Positions 1 to 8,344 of a stretch of 37,605 nucleotides of DNA are shown here, in pieces. The DNA is taken from contig CAYYIQ010000002.1 in assembly GCA_964472005.1 (NCBI GenBank), forward strand, positions 1 through 37,605, in the 5' to 3' direction. The number at the start of each line of letters is the position of its first letter. The first letter of the stretch is position 1. Under the pieces are notes generated by a model, which did not search any database, was not told where the DNA came from, and worked only from the letters and a program-made list of their open reading frames with translations. The stretch comes from an uncultured Bdellovibrionales bacterium. Its GTDB lineage: Bacteria; Bdellovibrionota_C; UBA2361; SZUA-149; DAOLCO01. The translations under genes were made by a program, and so were the position numbers.

Positions 1-25
1 CTCGAACCCGTGTTAATGAAGAAAT

Positions 26-109
26 TGGTGGGGATAGGATTTGAACCTATGTAACGCGAAGCGTAACGGGTTTACAGCCCGTCCCCTTTAACCACTCGGG
101 CACCCCACC
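26..109 (-). tRNA. tRNA-Tyr (anticodon GTA), class II with long variable arm, CCA not encoded
   Basis: The reverse complement reads GGTGGGGTGCCCGAGTGGTTAAAGGGGACGGGCTGTAAACCCGTTACGCTTCGCGTTACATAGGTTCAAATCCTATCCCCACCA (84 nt). Acceptor stem is GGTGGGG/CCCCACC with discriminator A. Anticodon stem is ACGGG/CCCGT with loop CTGTAAA, giving anticodon GTA at 75-73. Variable arm is ACGC-TTC-GCGT and T arm is ATAGG-TTCAAAT-CCTAT. It is very close to the E. coli tRNA-Tyr architecture. Confidence 0.92.
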
Positions 110-553
110 ATATAAAAATAAATAAAAACATTTTTGCATTTAAATTTTCTAAATTAATTCAAAAACAAAACGAATTTCGATGCCTTCTACATATCAATTA
201 GAAAAAAAAAGCAAGCACTAAAATTTTATTTAATCAAAAATTTAAATACTTAATCGATAAAAACTTTAAAAAACCAAATAGACTGGCCTTGAACATTCAC
301 TTATTAATTTCAAGACTCGCTCACAAACAAGCTGGAGCAACTTCTACCAGCTATTTTTGCCATAAGAAAATCCGAATCGCAGCGATTAGGATGATTGCAA
401 TATGACTACGTATAATGTTGCTATCATTTTAAACGAAAGAAAATCGACTTTCAACAGAGCAAAAAACTAAATCCCCTCTGACCGACATCTGGAATAAACT
501 GCAAATTAACGACCAGGTTTAAGGGCGAGCTCTCAAAAAGTTTATTCGAATAA

Positions 554-577
554 AAAGGTGATAGAAAAATCACCTTT
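554..577 (-). terminator. Hairpin downstream of the 631-912 ORF, a probable intrinsic terminator
   Basis: An 8 bp stem AAAGGTGA/TCACCTTT (554-561 / 570-577) with an 8 nt loop. On the minus strand it is followed by TTATT, which is a weak T-tract. Confidence 0.5.
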
Positions 578-630
578 CATAACTAATATAGAGGTTTTCC
601 TCTTGTTCATCGGGCGTCAAATCTTTCGAT

Positions 631-912
631 TTATTCGTCACCACTGTCGTTAGAACTGCCGCTATCAGAACGTGGTCCGTTACCACCATCTCTGCTGTAG
701 TTACGAGGTCGATTAGATCCTTGGCTTCGGCGTCTATTATTGTTAGAACTTCTTCCTCCACCTGAGCCATTACTACGGCCCCGACCTTGTCCATCGCCTT
801 GGTTATTCGAATGGCGACGACCGCCTCTTCCTCCATCTTGTCCCGATGAAAACCCTGAAAGACTATGGTGTGTAAGGGGTACGTACCCTGGTGGGTATCT
901 ATTTTCGCTCAT
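631..912 (-). CDS. Small (93 aa) Arg/Gly/Ser/Asn-rich low-complexity protein (RGG-like, predicted disordered), function unknown
   Basis: Open frame with AGGAA 5 nt upstream of the ATG (AAGGAAATGTATG on the minus strand). It sits 45 nt after the accA stop and has a hairpin downstream. The composition is dominated by RGG/GRG/SNN repeats. The overlapping frame 570-836 is also open, as expected for a GGN-rich repeat, so frame choice is uncertain. Confidence 0.5.
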   Translation of the reverse strand: MSENRYPPGYVPLTHHSLSGFSSGQDGGRGGRRHSNNQGDGQGRGRSNGSGGGRSSNNNRRRSQGSNRPRNYSRDGGNGPRSDSGSSNDSGDE

Positions 913-957
913 ACATTTCCTTAATTATTTTATTTTTTTATTAATCTTTAACGAGAA

Positions 958-1944
958 CTACTTTTCGTCAAAAGAACCAATTTTTCTAAACTTTTGATAC
1001 CGCTTTTGAGCAAGCTCATCGACTTCTTGACCAAGTAATTCTTTTAAATTCCTTGCAATAGCCTGCCCTAAAAACTCAGCAGCTTTGTCATGGTCTCGAT
1101 GCGCGCAGCCATCTGGCTCTTTTACAATTTCGTCAATTACTCCCAATTGAAGAAGCGACTGAGCTGTAATTTTTAATGAATCCGCTGCAACCTCTGCCAT
1201 ACCAGCAGATGAATTTTCGCCTTCATTTCCTTTTCCCCATAGAATTGAAGCACAACCCTCAGGAGAGATCACGGAATACACAGAGTTCTCTAGCATCAAC
1301 AGCCTATCGCACACTCCAAGTGCCAAGGCACCACCACTACCACCCTCTCCTATTATTATGGAGATAACTGGAGTTTTGACTCCACAAAGATCGAAAATAC
1401 TTGATGCTATAGCTTCCGCCTGCCCCCGTGCTTCGGCGTCGATTCCTGGATAAGCCCCTGTAGTATCAATGAATAATAGTAAAGGAAGCTTAAATTTTTC
1501 AGCTAATTTAAAAAGTCTCTGGGCCTTTCGATTACCTTCTGGCATCGTCATCCCAAAATTCCTTTTAATCCTTTCTTGAGTGGTTCGTCCTCTCTGTTGA
1601 CCAACAAACATAACGGGGATGTTATTGAATCTACCAATTCCACCAACCATTGCACTATCATCACCAAATAATCTATCACCGTGTAGCTCTGAAAAATCGG
1701 TTAAAAGTTTATTAACATAATCAAGCGTAAACGGCCGATCGAAATGCCTTGAAAGTCGAACCCGTTGATAGGGCTTTAAGTTACCGTAGATATCATTCCG
1801 AACTTTTGAAAGTTTTTTCTCAAGTTTGCTGAGATCAGCAACTTTCGTTTTATCTCCAGCATCAAGAACAGCTTTCGTCCGAATAATTTCTTCTTCTACT
1901 TCGACTACTGGCTTTTCGAAATCTAAATATTGACTAAAATCCAT
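958..1944 (-). CDS. accA: Acetyl-CoA carboxylase carboxyltransferase alpha subunit
   Basis: 328 aa, a typical AccA length. N-terminal DFEKP...L motif region, RP.TLDY, GRF..IPVM.VGQQ.GR, FGM..PEGYRKA-like segment and the oxyanion region IIGEGGSGGALA. Confidence 0.9.
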   Translation of the reverse strand: MDFSQYLDFEKPVVEVEEEIIRTKAVLDAGDKTKVADLSKLEKKLSKVRNDIYGNLKPYQRVRLSRHFDRPFTLDYVNKLLTDFSELHGDRLFGDDSAMVGGIGRFNNIPVMFVGQQRGRTTQERIKRNFGMTMPEGNRKAQRLFKLAEKFKLPLLLFIDTTGAYPGIDAEARGQAEAIASSIFDLCGVKTPVISIIIGEGGSGGALALGVCDRLLMLENSVYSVISPEGCASILWGKGNEGENSSAGMAEVAADSLKITAQSLLQLGVIDEIVKEPDGCAHRDHDKAAEFLGQAIARNLKELLGQEVDELAQKRYQKFRKIGSFDEK

Positions 1945-1966
1945 AACGTTAAATCACTTTAAATTC

Positions 1967-3268
1967 TTAAATAAGGGCTATTTTCCCGTAATAAACGCGC
2001 TCCGAGCGTCCGTCAGAATCATTCTCACATTTTAAAGCTTGAAAGCAATTACTTAAATCCTGTGACAAGAATTCTTTGACAATCTCCGAGGTCGCTTCTA
2101 ATCCATCAACAAAAGATAACTCAAACAATCTTTCTTCATCTCTTTTTAATTGCTGAAGCTCTAATTGCCTATTCTTTTTCGTGCGTCCCACTGTTCTAGG
2201 TTTACGCGGATCTAAAGTAGTATCCAGATCTAGATTTTCTGACAATGGCGAAAGTTTGGAAGATTCGGTCTTCTCCCCAGCCCCGCAATTATCATACGAC
2301 CCTAAATTTTGACCTAATTTATTAGCGCGCATGCCAAAATCTTTATTAAAGATTGATAATTTCTTTAGCGGAGTCCAACCCAGTGTATTAGGCTGATTAT
2401 TCCACCAAGTCCTTTGGCGTTTCGCGAATCTTCGAGTATCACGCTGAATATTTTTTATCAAGGACATTATATCTAATATTTTCAATCCATTAGATGTTCC
2501 TAGCTCCTCAGCGATATGACGATAACCTATTGCCTTAAGACCAGGGGCAAGAGAATTAGCTTCAATGATCTTCTCAACCTCAGAAACCCACCCTTGATCA
2601 AACATTTGAATAACTCGTTGATCAATTTTTTCATATAATTTTTTACTGTCTTCTTCTAAGATAATCACCAAACCAAGCAGGTTAGAATCAGGTTCGGCAA
2701 ATATCCTGCGATATTCAGAACTTTTAACCCCACTTGAAAGAAATAACGATAAAGATCTTCTAATTCGAAAAAAATCTTTAACATCAATTCGGCTAGCAGC
2801 TTCCTTGTCAAGAATCATCAATAGTTGATAACACCAACTTTGAAACTCTGCTCTATCCATCTTTTCTTCAATCTTTGAAAGACAATCGTAATCTTGGCTC
2901 TGTCCGTATGAACTCATAAAGTTTGAAAACAATGCACGAAGGTACATTCCAGTACCACCAACAATAATTGGTATTTTACCACGTTGATGAATATCCTGAA
3001 TTGCTCCTAACGCCTCCCGTCGAAATCTACCCGCTGAATATTGTTCAGAAGTCTCTACATGAGAAATTAAATGATGCTTAACTCGATTCAACTGTTGATC
3101 GTTGACTTTTCCACTTCCGATATCGAAGTTTTTATAAACCTGCACAGAGTCAGCATTAATAATTTCTCCACCAATCTTAGTCGCAAGTTCGATTGAGAAA
3201 TTAGATTTTCCTGAAGCGGTAGGTCCACTAATGCATATAACTGGAAGTAAACTATTGTATTCGGCCAA
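1967..3268 (-). CDS. miaA: tRNA dimethylallyltransferase (MiaA) with a long non-canonical C-terminal extension
   Basis: P-loop ISGPTASGKS, then DSVQVYK..DIGSGK, IIVGGTGMY and RQRTWW motifs. The canonical MiaA core ends about 20-30 aa after RQRTWW, yet about 140 more residues follow. The start overlaps the mutL stop by 17 nt. Confidence 0.85.
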   Translation of the reverse strand: MAEYNSLLPVICISGPTASGKSNFSIELATKIGGEIINADSVQVYKNFDIGSGKVNDQQLNRVKHHLISHVETSEQYSAGRFRREALGAIQDIHQRGKIPIIVGGTGMYLRALFSNFMSSYGQSQDYDCLSKIEEKMDRAEFQSWCYQLLMILDKEAASRIDVKDFFRIRRSLSLFLSSGVKSSEYRRIFAEPDSNLLGLVIILEEDSKKLYEKIDQRVIQMFDQGWVSEVEKIIEANSLAPGLKAIGYRHIAEELGTSNGLKILDIMSLIKNIQRDTRRFAKRQRTWWNNQPNTLGWTPLKKLSIFNKDFGMRANKLGQNLGSYDNCGAGEKTESSKLSPLSENLDLDTTLDPRKPRTVGRTKKNRQLELQQLKRDEERLFELSFVDGLEATSEIVKEFLSQDLSNCFQALKCENDSDGRSERVYYGKIALI

Positions 3269-5090
3269 ATTCTTTCTCTAAGTCGTTTTCATTTAACCAC
3301 CAAATTACCGGCCGACCATGCGGACACCAACCTGACAAATCAGCCTGTTCTAACTGAGACATCAACTCATACGCTTCCTCTGCCTTAATTTCACGGCCTC
3401 TTCTAATTGAGGCATGACAGGCAAGACGCGAGATATAGGAATCTAAATATTTACCTAGTTCAGCTTGGATCCCTTCTGCTGGCGCCTTATCTAAAATTTC
3501 GACCAACAAATCAGAGACTCTTCCTTCTTTAAGCAATGGTGAAATTCCTCGCACTAATATCTCATTATTTCTTAGTTCGGCTTCAATTCCAATCAACCTT
3601 AAACTCTCAAGCTTTTCTTCAATGCCTTCTAACGATACTAGACAATCAATGGTTAGCGAAACCGGAACCAACAATTCTTGAATTTTTATATTACTGTTTA
3701 AAAATTCTTCTTTCAGTCGATAAAAAGTCACCCTTTCATGAGCCGCATGCATATCAAGAATCGCAACTTTTTCAGCACTTGCGAACAGTAGATACAATTT
3801 AAAAACTTGGCCTAAATATTTAAAGTTTTGGGCGCTAAATACTTGACTACGACCTTGACCTTCAATATTTTCAGAAACATTGGATTCAGCTAGATTATTC
3901 GGTAAACTTTGGTGTTTAGGTTGGTCTTCATCATTATTTTGAGCTGAATAAACAGCTCCATTTCCAACAAAACGTATCTCTTTTTGTTCACTAAATTGGT
4001 TTGTGTTAGCACTTTTAAGGGAATAAACTCTTGCAATATCGTTCCCAAAGTTCGTAGAAAAATTGGTTTTTTCAGCTGCAATTTTATCTAACGCAGCTGA
4101 AACTGCTCGCTTAACCGATGAAAAAATTAAGCCCTCGTTACTGAACCTTATTTCAGTTTTTTGAGGATGGACATTTACATCTAACTCACTAGGAGTTATT
4201 TCAATTGAAAGAAGTCCGCTCGGGAAAAATCCATATTTCAGTAAACTATCATAGCCATCTCTTACAGCCCTCATCAAAAACTGACTTTTAATAACCCTAT
4301 TGTTCACCAAAAAACGCATTTTTGAACCAATCTTAGGGCAAAATAACGGTTCACTGAGAAGACCTGAAATAGTTAAACAACATTCCTCATTACGATCATT
4401 ATTGAACATTCTCTCGCTCGAGACTTTAACGCCGGGACCATGGAGTAAATTCAACTTACTAACTCTGTCGCTAAGCCCATCTAATGCATTGAAAGAAATA
4501 ACTTCTTTGTCGTCTTCTTGAAGCAAAAAAGAGACATCGGGTCTAGCAATTGAAAAATCAGCCACCACCGACTTTACCGAATTAGCCTCAGTTCGAAGTG
4601 ACTTTAAGAACTTTTTCCTTGCAGGAACATTGTAAAATAGCTCGCGAACCTCAATCGAAGTACCCTTGTCGCAATCAATCTCATAAACATTTTTTTTACC
4701 ATTTTCGCTATATTCTAATAGAATCCCAGTATTAGAATTTTCAGACTTAGTCTTAATGTTAAATCTAGAAACCGACGCTATCGACGGCAGGGCTTCACCT
4801 CTAAATCCATAGGTATTAATTCGTTCAAGGTCTCCAGAAGTCCTTAATTTTGATGTCGCAAATCTCTCTACTGAAAGAATCAGATTTTCTTTAGACATTC
4901 CAGACCCATCATCCGAGATCTTAATAAGATCGACCCCTCCCCCTTCAATTAAAATTTGGATATGTTTTGCACCTGCATCGAGCGAATTCTCAATTAATTC
5001 TTTCAATACTGAAGCAGGTCTTTCAACGACTTCGCCCGCTGCAATCTGATCGACTACAATCGTATCTAAAACTTCAATAGAATTATTCAT
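3252..5090 (-). CDS. mutL: DNA mismatch repair protein MutL (endonuclease-type C-terminal domain)
   Basis: GHKL ATPase N-terminus IAAGEVVERPASVLKELIENSLDAG. The C-terminal domain carries DMHAAHERV, ACHASIR and CPHGRP motifs. I place the start at ATG 5090 (MNNSIEVL...). The longer track ORF starting at 5198 would overlap the upstream hldC-like gene by 89 nt. Confidence 0.88.
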   Translation of the reverse strand: MNNSIEVLDTIVVDQIAAGEVVERPASVLKELIENSLDAGAKHIQILIEGGGVDLIKISDDGSGMSKENLILSVERFATSKLRTSGDLERINTYGFRGEALPSIASVSRFNIKTKSENSNTGILLEYSENGKKNVYEIDCDKGTSIEVRELFYNVPARKKFLKSLRTEANSVKSVVADFSIARPDVSFLLQEDDKEVISFNALDGLSDRVSKLNLLHGPGVKVSSERMFNNDRNEECCLTISGLLSEPLFCPKIGSKMRFLVNNRVIKSQFLMRAVRDGYDSLLKYGFFPSGLLSIEITPSELDVNVHPQKTEIRFSNEGLIFSSVKRAVSAALDKIAAEKTNFSTNFGNDIARVYSLKSANTNQFSEQKEIRFVGNGAVYSAQNNDEDQPKHQSLPNNLAESNVSENIEGQGRSQVFSAQNFKYLGQVFKLYLLFASAEKVAILDMHAAHERVTFYRLKEEFLNSNIKIQELLVPVSLTIDCLVSLEGIEEKLESLRLIGIEAELRNNEILVRGISPLLKEGRVSDLLVEILDKAPAEGIQAELGKYLDSYISRLACHASIRRGREIKAEEAYELMSQLEQADLSGWCPHGRPVIWWLNENDLEKEFGRIQ

Positions 5091-5109
5091 AAAATTTCTA
5101 AATATAAAT

Positions 5110-5529
5110 CTAATCTCGATAAACTGACAAAATACGTTCAATAGTTCCTGTCGTGGACTTACCTTCATGGAACGGTAAAGAAAGAACTTCCCCCCCATTT
5201 GCTAGAACGATATCCGAACCTACAATTTTATCAACAGGCCAATCACCGCCCTTAACAAGAACATTAGGCTTAATTAGGTTAATCAGATTAAAGGGAGTTT
5301 CCTCTGAAAAAATAACTACTTCGTCAACTGACTTAAGGCCTAGTAACATTTCACGACGCTCGTCTTCGGGAACAATCGGACGAAGATCACCCTTCAATTT
5401 CTTGATACTAGAATCACTATTGAGCCCCACTATTAACTTGTCACCTAATTCCCTCGCATCTTTAAGGTAACGTAAGTGGCCAACATGTAGAATATCAAAA
5501 CAACCATTTGTAAAAACTATTTTTGCCAT
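5110..5529 (-). CDS. hldC: D-glycero-beta-D-manno-heptose 1-phosphate adenylyltransferase-like cytidylyltransferase (RfaE domain II / HldC type)
   Basis: 139 aa. Nucleotidyltransferase motif TNGCFDILHVGHLRYL, then LIVGLNSD.S...LKG..RPI, and VLVKGGDW. Confidence 0.75.
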   Translation of the reverse strand: MAKIVFTNGCFDILHVGHLRYLKDARELGDKLIVGLNSDSSIKKLKGDLRPIVPEDERREMLLGLKSVDEVVIFSEETPFNLINLIKPNVLVKGGDWPVDKIVGSDIVLANGGEVLSLPFHEGKSTTGTIERILSVYRD

Positions 5530-6085
5530 CTGCTATCCTCTCTGTAAATTAAGGGACTAAGTATTTAAAGGGACCCTAGATAATCTAAAATTTAAAAATC
5601 AAATTTCTGAAATGTAAATTAACACTGTCTACGAAATTATCATAAAGCTAGAATCAAAAATAACCGGATAGATAGCCACCATAGAAAAAGAGGTTCTGCC
5701 TAAAAGAGACTAAGAATTTAGCAATCCTACACCATTCGGAACGGTTTTATGACGTTTATCTATTTGAATAATATAGTATATATTTTACTATATTAGCCAG
5801 TTTGAAAAATCCGGAATTACTGCCCAATAGTGAGAGTTTAATAGAGTTATGGGCTTAAATTGCTCTCGTGCGTTTAGGCAACTACAATAGCAAATACTGC
5901 ATAAATGTTGGTCATCAATATATGCGACATTAAATCATTGGCATTTGGGTAAATAGCTTTTTATGGATTTCCAGTGTTAAAATTTATATGAGGATAGGTA
6001 TAATTGATAAATGTCTAGCGGGTCACACTCCAACGAACTAACAAATTCTGCTAGAATTAAAGAAGAAATTAATATTAAAGGATAA

Positions 6086-7126
6086 ATGGAAAATCTTGAC
6101 CTACTAACATCGACTAAAAACTGCTCTCTTTATAAAATCAACCAAATTGGGGTCGAAACAGAAGTATTATCTTTATTAGCCTCAACTCCCGAGACTAGAG
6201 CAATCGTAAACGATCCTTTGATTTGTGGAATTAAATATACCGACACCCTTCGAGACGCTTGCGCTCAAATATTAAAGTCGCTACCAAATGTCATCCCGCC
6301 GTCCATCTCCAACACGATTAACGAATCTAATACCAGCGTTTTAAATATTCTTAGAGGAGGCCTTAATTTTGGTTTGCGTGAAGCACTTGGGAAGGCCTAT
6401 TCATGGAACAATCATTCTGCCGCATTTATAAGCGCTCAACGCGTTAGAGATTCCAAGAATACCGAAGAATGGTATATCACCGAAAGCAATTACCAAAAAG
6501 TATATTTACCAGACAATCCAGCGATAATTTTCGGAGATGTTGTAGCGACTGGAACAAGTTTGGAATTTGCTCTAAACGAAATTTTAGAAATCGCCCAAAA
6601 AACCAATCATCCGATTGCATCATTTATATTTTTTACAATCGGTGGACCACGCTCGACAGAAATACTCGAGTCAATCTCCAAAAAAGCTAAAAAAATCTTT
6701 CCGGAATTTGCTGGCTCAGTTGTCGTATACCTCGAAGGTTGCTTCTCGGTCGCGTCGCCAGAAAGCTCTCTAAGCATTAAAATTACCGGGACTGACCTTA
6801 TACGGAGAGAAAGCATACTTGCGCCTGAATTTATCGCCTCACAACTTGAGTGTCCTAGCTACCCTATAGAAAGATGTACTATTTATGACGCTGGATCAAG
6901 AGCATTTTGGTTACAAGAATATTTTCAGGACATTTTAGAATACTGGGAATTAACAAAAAAACTTGGAGAGGACGGCTTAACCTATACCGAATTGCTATCC
7001 GAAAGATTTCCTGAATTCAAAGAATTCGCTGACAAAGAGAAAAAAATGCTATTATCAGATATAAACTTAGTAAAAATTTGTGAGAATCAAATTTCAAAAA
7101 TACAAAATTTGATCGGCGTCTCGTAA
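6086..7126 (+). CDS. Divergent type I phosphoribosyltransferase-fold protein (uracil-PRTase-like core plus extra N- and C-terminal regions), function unknown
   Basis: ILRGGLNFG resembles the Upp ILRAGLGM segment. The PRPP-binding loop is AIIFGDVVATGTSL (Upp has ALIVDPMLATGGS). A later IYDAGSRAF resembles the Upp GLGDAGDR. At 346 aa it is much longer than the ~210 aa of Upp. Confidence 0.5.
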   Translation: MENLDLLTSTKNCSLYKINQIGVETEVLSLLASTPETRAIVNDPLICGIKYTDTLRDACAQILKSLPNVIPPSISNTINESNTSVLNILRGGLNFGLREALGKAYSWNNHSAAFISAQRVRDSKNTEEWYITESNYQKVYLPDNPAIIFGDVVATGTSLEFALNEILEIAQKTNHPIASFIFFTIGGPRSTEILESISKKAKKIFPEFAGSVVVYLEGCFSVASPESSLSIKITGTDLIRRESILAPEFIASQLECPSYPIERCTIYDAGSRAFWLQEYFQDILEYWELTKKLGEDGLTYTELLSERFPEFKEFADKEKKMLLSDINLVKICENQISKIQNLIGVS

Positions 7127-7299
7127 CTTTTGCAACTTGAGGTTTAAATTAACACTTTCAACCGATAGAAGCTCGCAAACAACAAAATTGGCACACCATC
7201 TAAAATAGAACTCACCTTACTTCGATCAACTACGAACTTTAAGTGATACTAGAAAAAGTTAAGTGTGTTCAAAATTCAAATCTGATATATTAGAAAGCA

Positions 7300-8298
7300 A
7301 TGCCAAATAATAAATCTAAAAATAAATCTCTCTGGATAACGTGGGAGACTCAAAGACGTAATAAAGAACTTGCTAAAGCATTCGATTGCGAACTTAAACA
7401 GTTTGATTACTCATGCTTAAATAGACTCAAGCGATATATTAAGTCGACGTCTAAAACGTTTCAAACAATTTGGACATATAAAAATAAAGATTTAAAAGTA
7501 TACGCTCAGTGTCCTTCTGCTATTCTATGCCTTTTTTTGACTTTCTTAAAACCTATATTCAAATTCGTCCTGATAATTGATTGTCATAACGCTATCTTTA
7601 ATTACCTTAATCACAACGGACCATTTATTAGACTGATAACTATCTTCTTTCTAAAACGAGCTGATTTATTAATCGTAACTAACGAATATTTCAAAGAGTC
7701 TGTCCCAACTACGCAATCAAAAATTTTAGTCTTACCAGACAAACTTCCTGCAATAGATTTTCAGAATGAAACACCTAAGACCTTTTCTAGCGAAAAGCAG
7801 AATGTCGTCTTCATTTCATCTTTCTCGAACGACGAACCGATTTATGAATTTTTGAAAGCCGCTAAGGAGCTCACAAATTTTGCCAGGTTTTTCATAACAG
7901 GCAAGAAATCAAAGGCTGATTCACTTTTACTATCATTTGAATCGAACGATATCGTCTTTACCGACTATTTGAGCGAAAAAAACTATGAATCACTAATTAC
8001 CCATGCTGATGTAAACATTGACCTAACGACTCAAAGTGACTTATTAGTTTGTGGTGCTTACGAAAGTCTGTCTGTCGGTGTACCCTGCATCCTGTCAGAC
8101 ACTAAGATACAAAGAGAAATTTTTCCCAAAGGTTATCTTTATACATTCTGTGATTCAGAAAGTTTAAAAGAAACAATTTTGGAATCTTTTCAATTGAAAA
8201 ACAGACTTAGAGAAGAAATTGACGAATTCAAATCCGAATTTGTTAATAATTGGGAGATCTCGTTTAAAAATTGTCGACAAACAATCGAAAACTTATAG
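7300..8298 (+). CDS. GT-B fold glycosyltransferase (group 1 / GT4-like)
   Basis: 332 aa. N-terminal WITWETQRRN segment and a C-terminal half with the pattern VCGAYESLSVGVPCILSD (E-x7-type motif typical of GT4 retaining transferases). Confidence 0.55.
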   Translation: MPNNKSKNKSLWITWETQRRNKELAKAFDCELKQFDYSCLNRLKRYIKSTSKTFQTIWTYKNKDLKVYAQCPSAILCLFLTFLKPIFKFVLIIDCHNAIFNYLNHNGPFIRLITIFFLKRADLLIVTNEYFKESVPTTQSKILVLPDKLPAIDFQNETPKTFSSEKQNVVFISSFSNDEPIYEFLKAAKELTNFARFFITGKKSKADSLLLSFESNDIVFTDYLSEKNYESLITHADVNIDLTTQSDLLVCGAYESLSVGVPCILSDTKIQREIFPKGYLYTFCDSESLKETILESFQLKNRLREEIDEFKSEFVNNWEISFKNCRQTIENL

Positions 8299-8344
8299 AT
8301 ATTATTTACCTATTCGACATCTAAAATTGAATAGATTAACAAAT

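Noticed and set aside
1-25. CTCGAACCCG at the window edge (reverse complement CGGGTTCGAG) looks like a tRNA T-arm, suggesting a second, truncated tRNA next to tRNA-Tyr.
   Set aside because: On the minus strand only about 15 nt separate it from the 3' end of tRNA-Tyr, far too little for acceptor, D and anticodon arms. On the plus strand the loop would read CTCGAA rather than TTCGAA, and no acceptor 3' end follows. The sequence is insufficient to call.
570-836. 88 aa minus-strand ORF overlapping the RGG-protein ORF in another frame, and the 85 aa plus-strand ORF at 740-997.
   Set aside because: These are alternative frames of a GGN/CGN-rich repeat and are open by composition. They have weaker ribosome-binding context than the 631-912 frame. 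They remain an explicit caveat on that call.
5091-5198. The 36 aa N-terminal extension of mutL in the ORF track (start at 5198).
   Set aside because: It would overlap the upstream hldC-like gene by 89 nt. The conserved MutL N-terminus begins right after the ATG at 5090.
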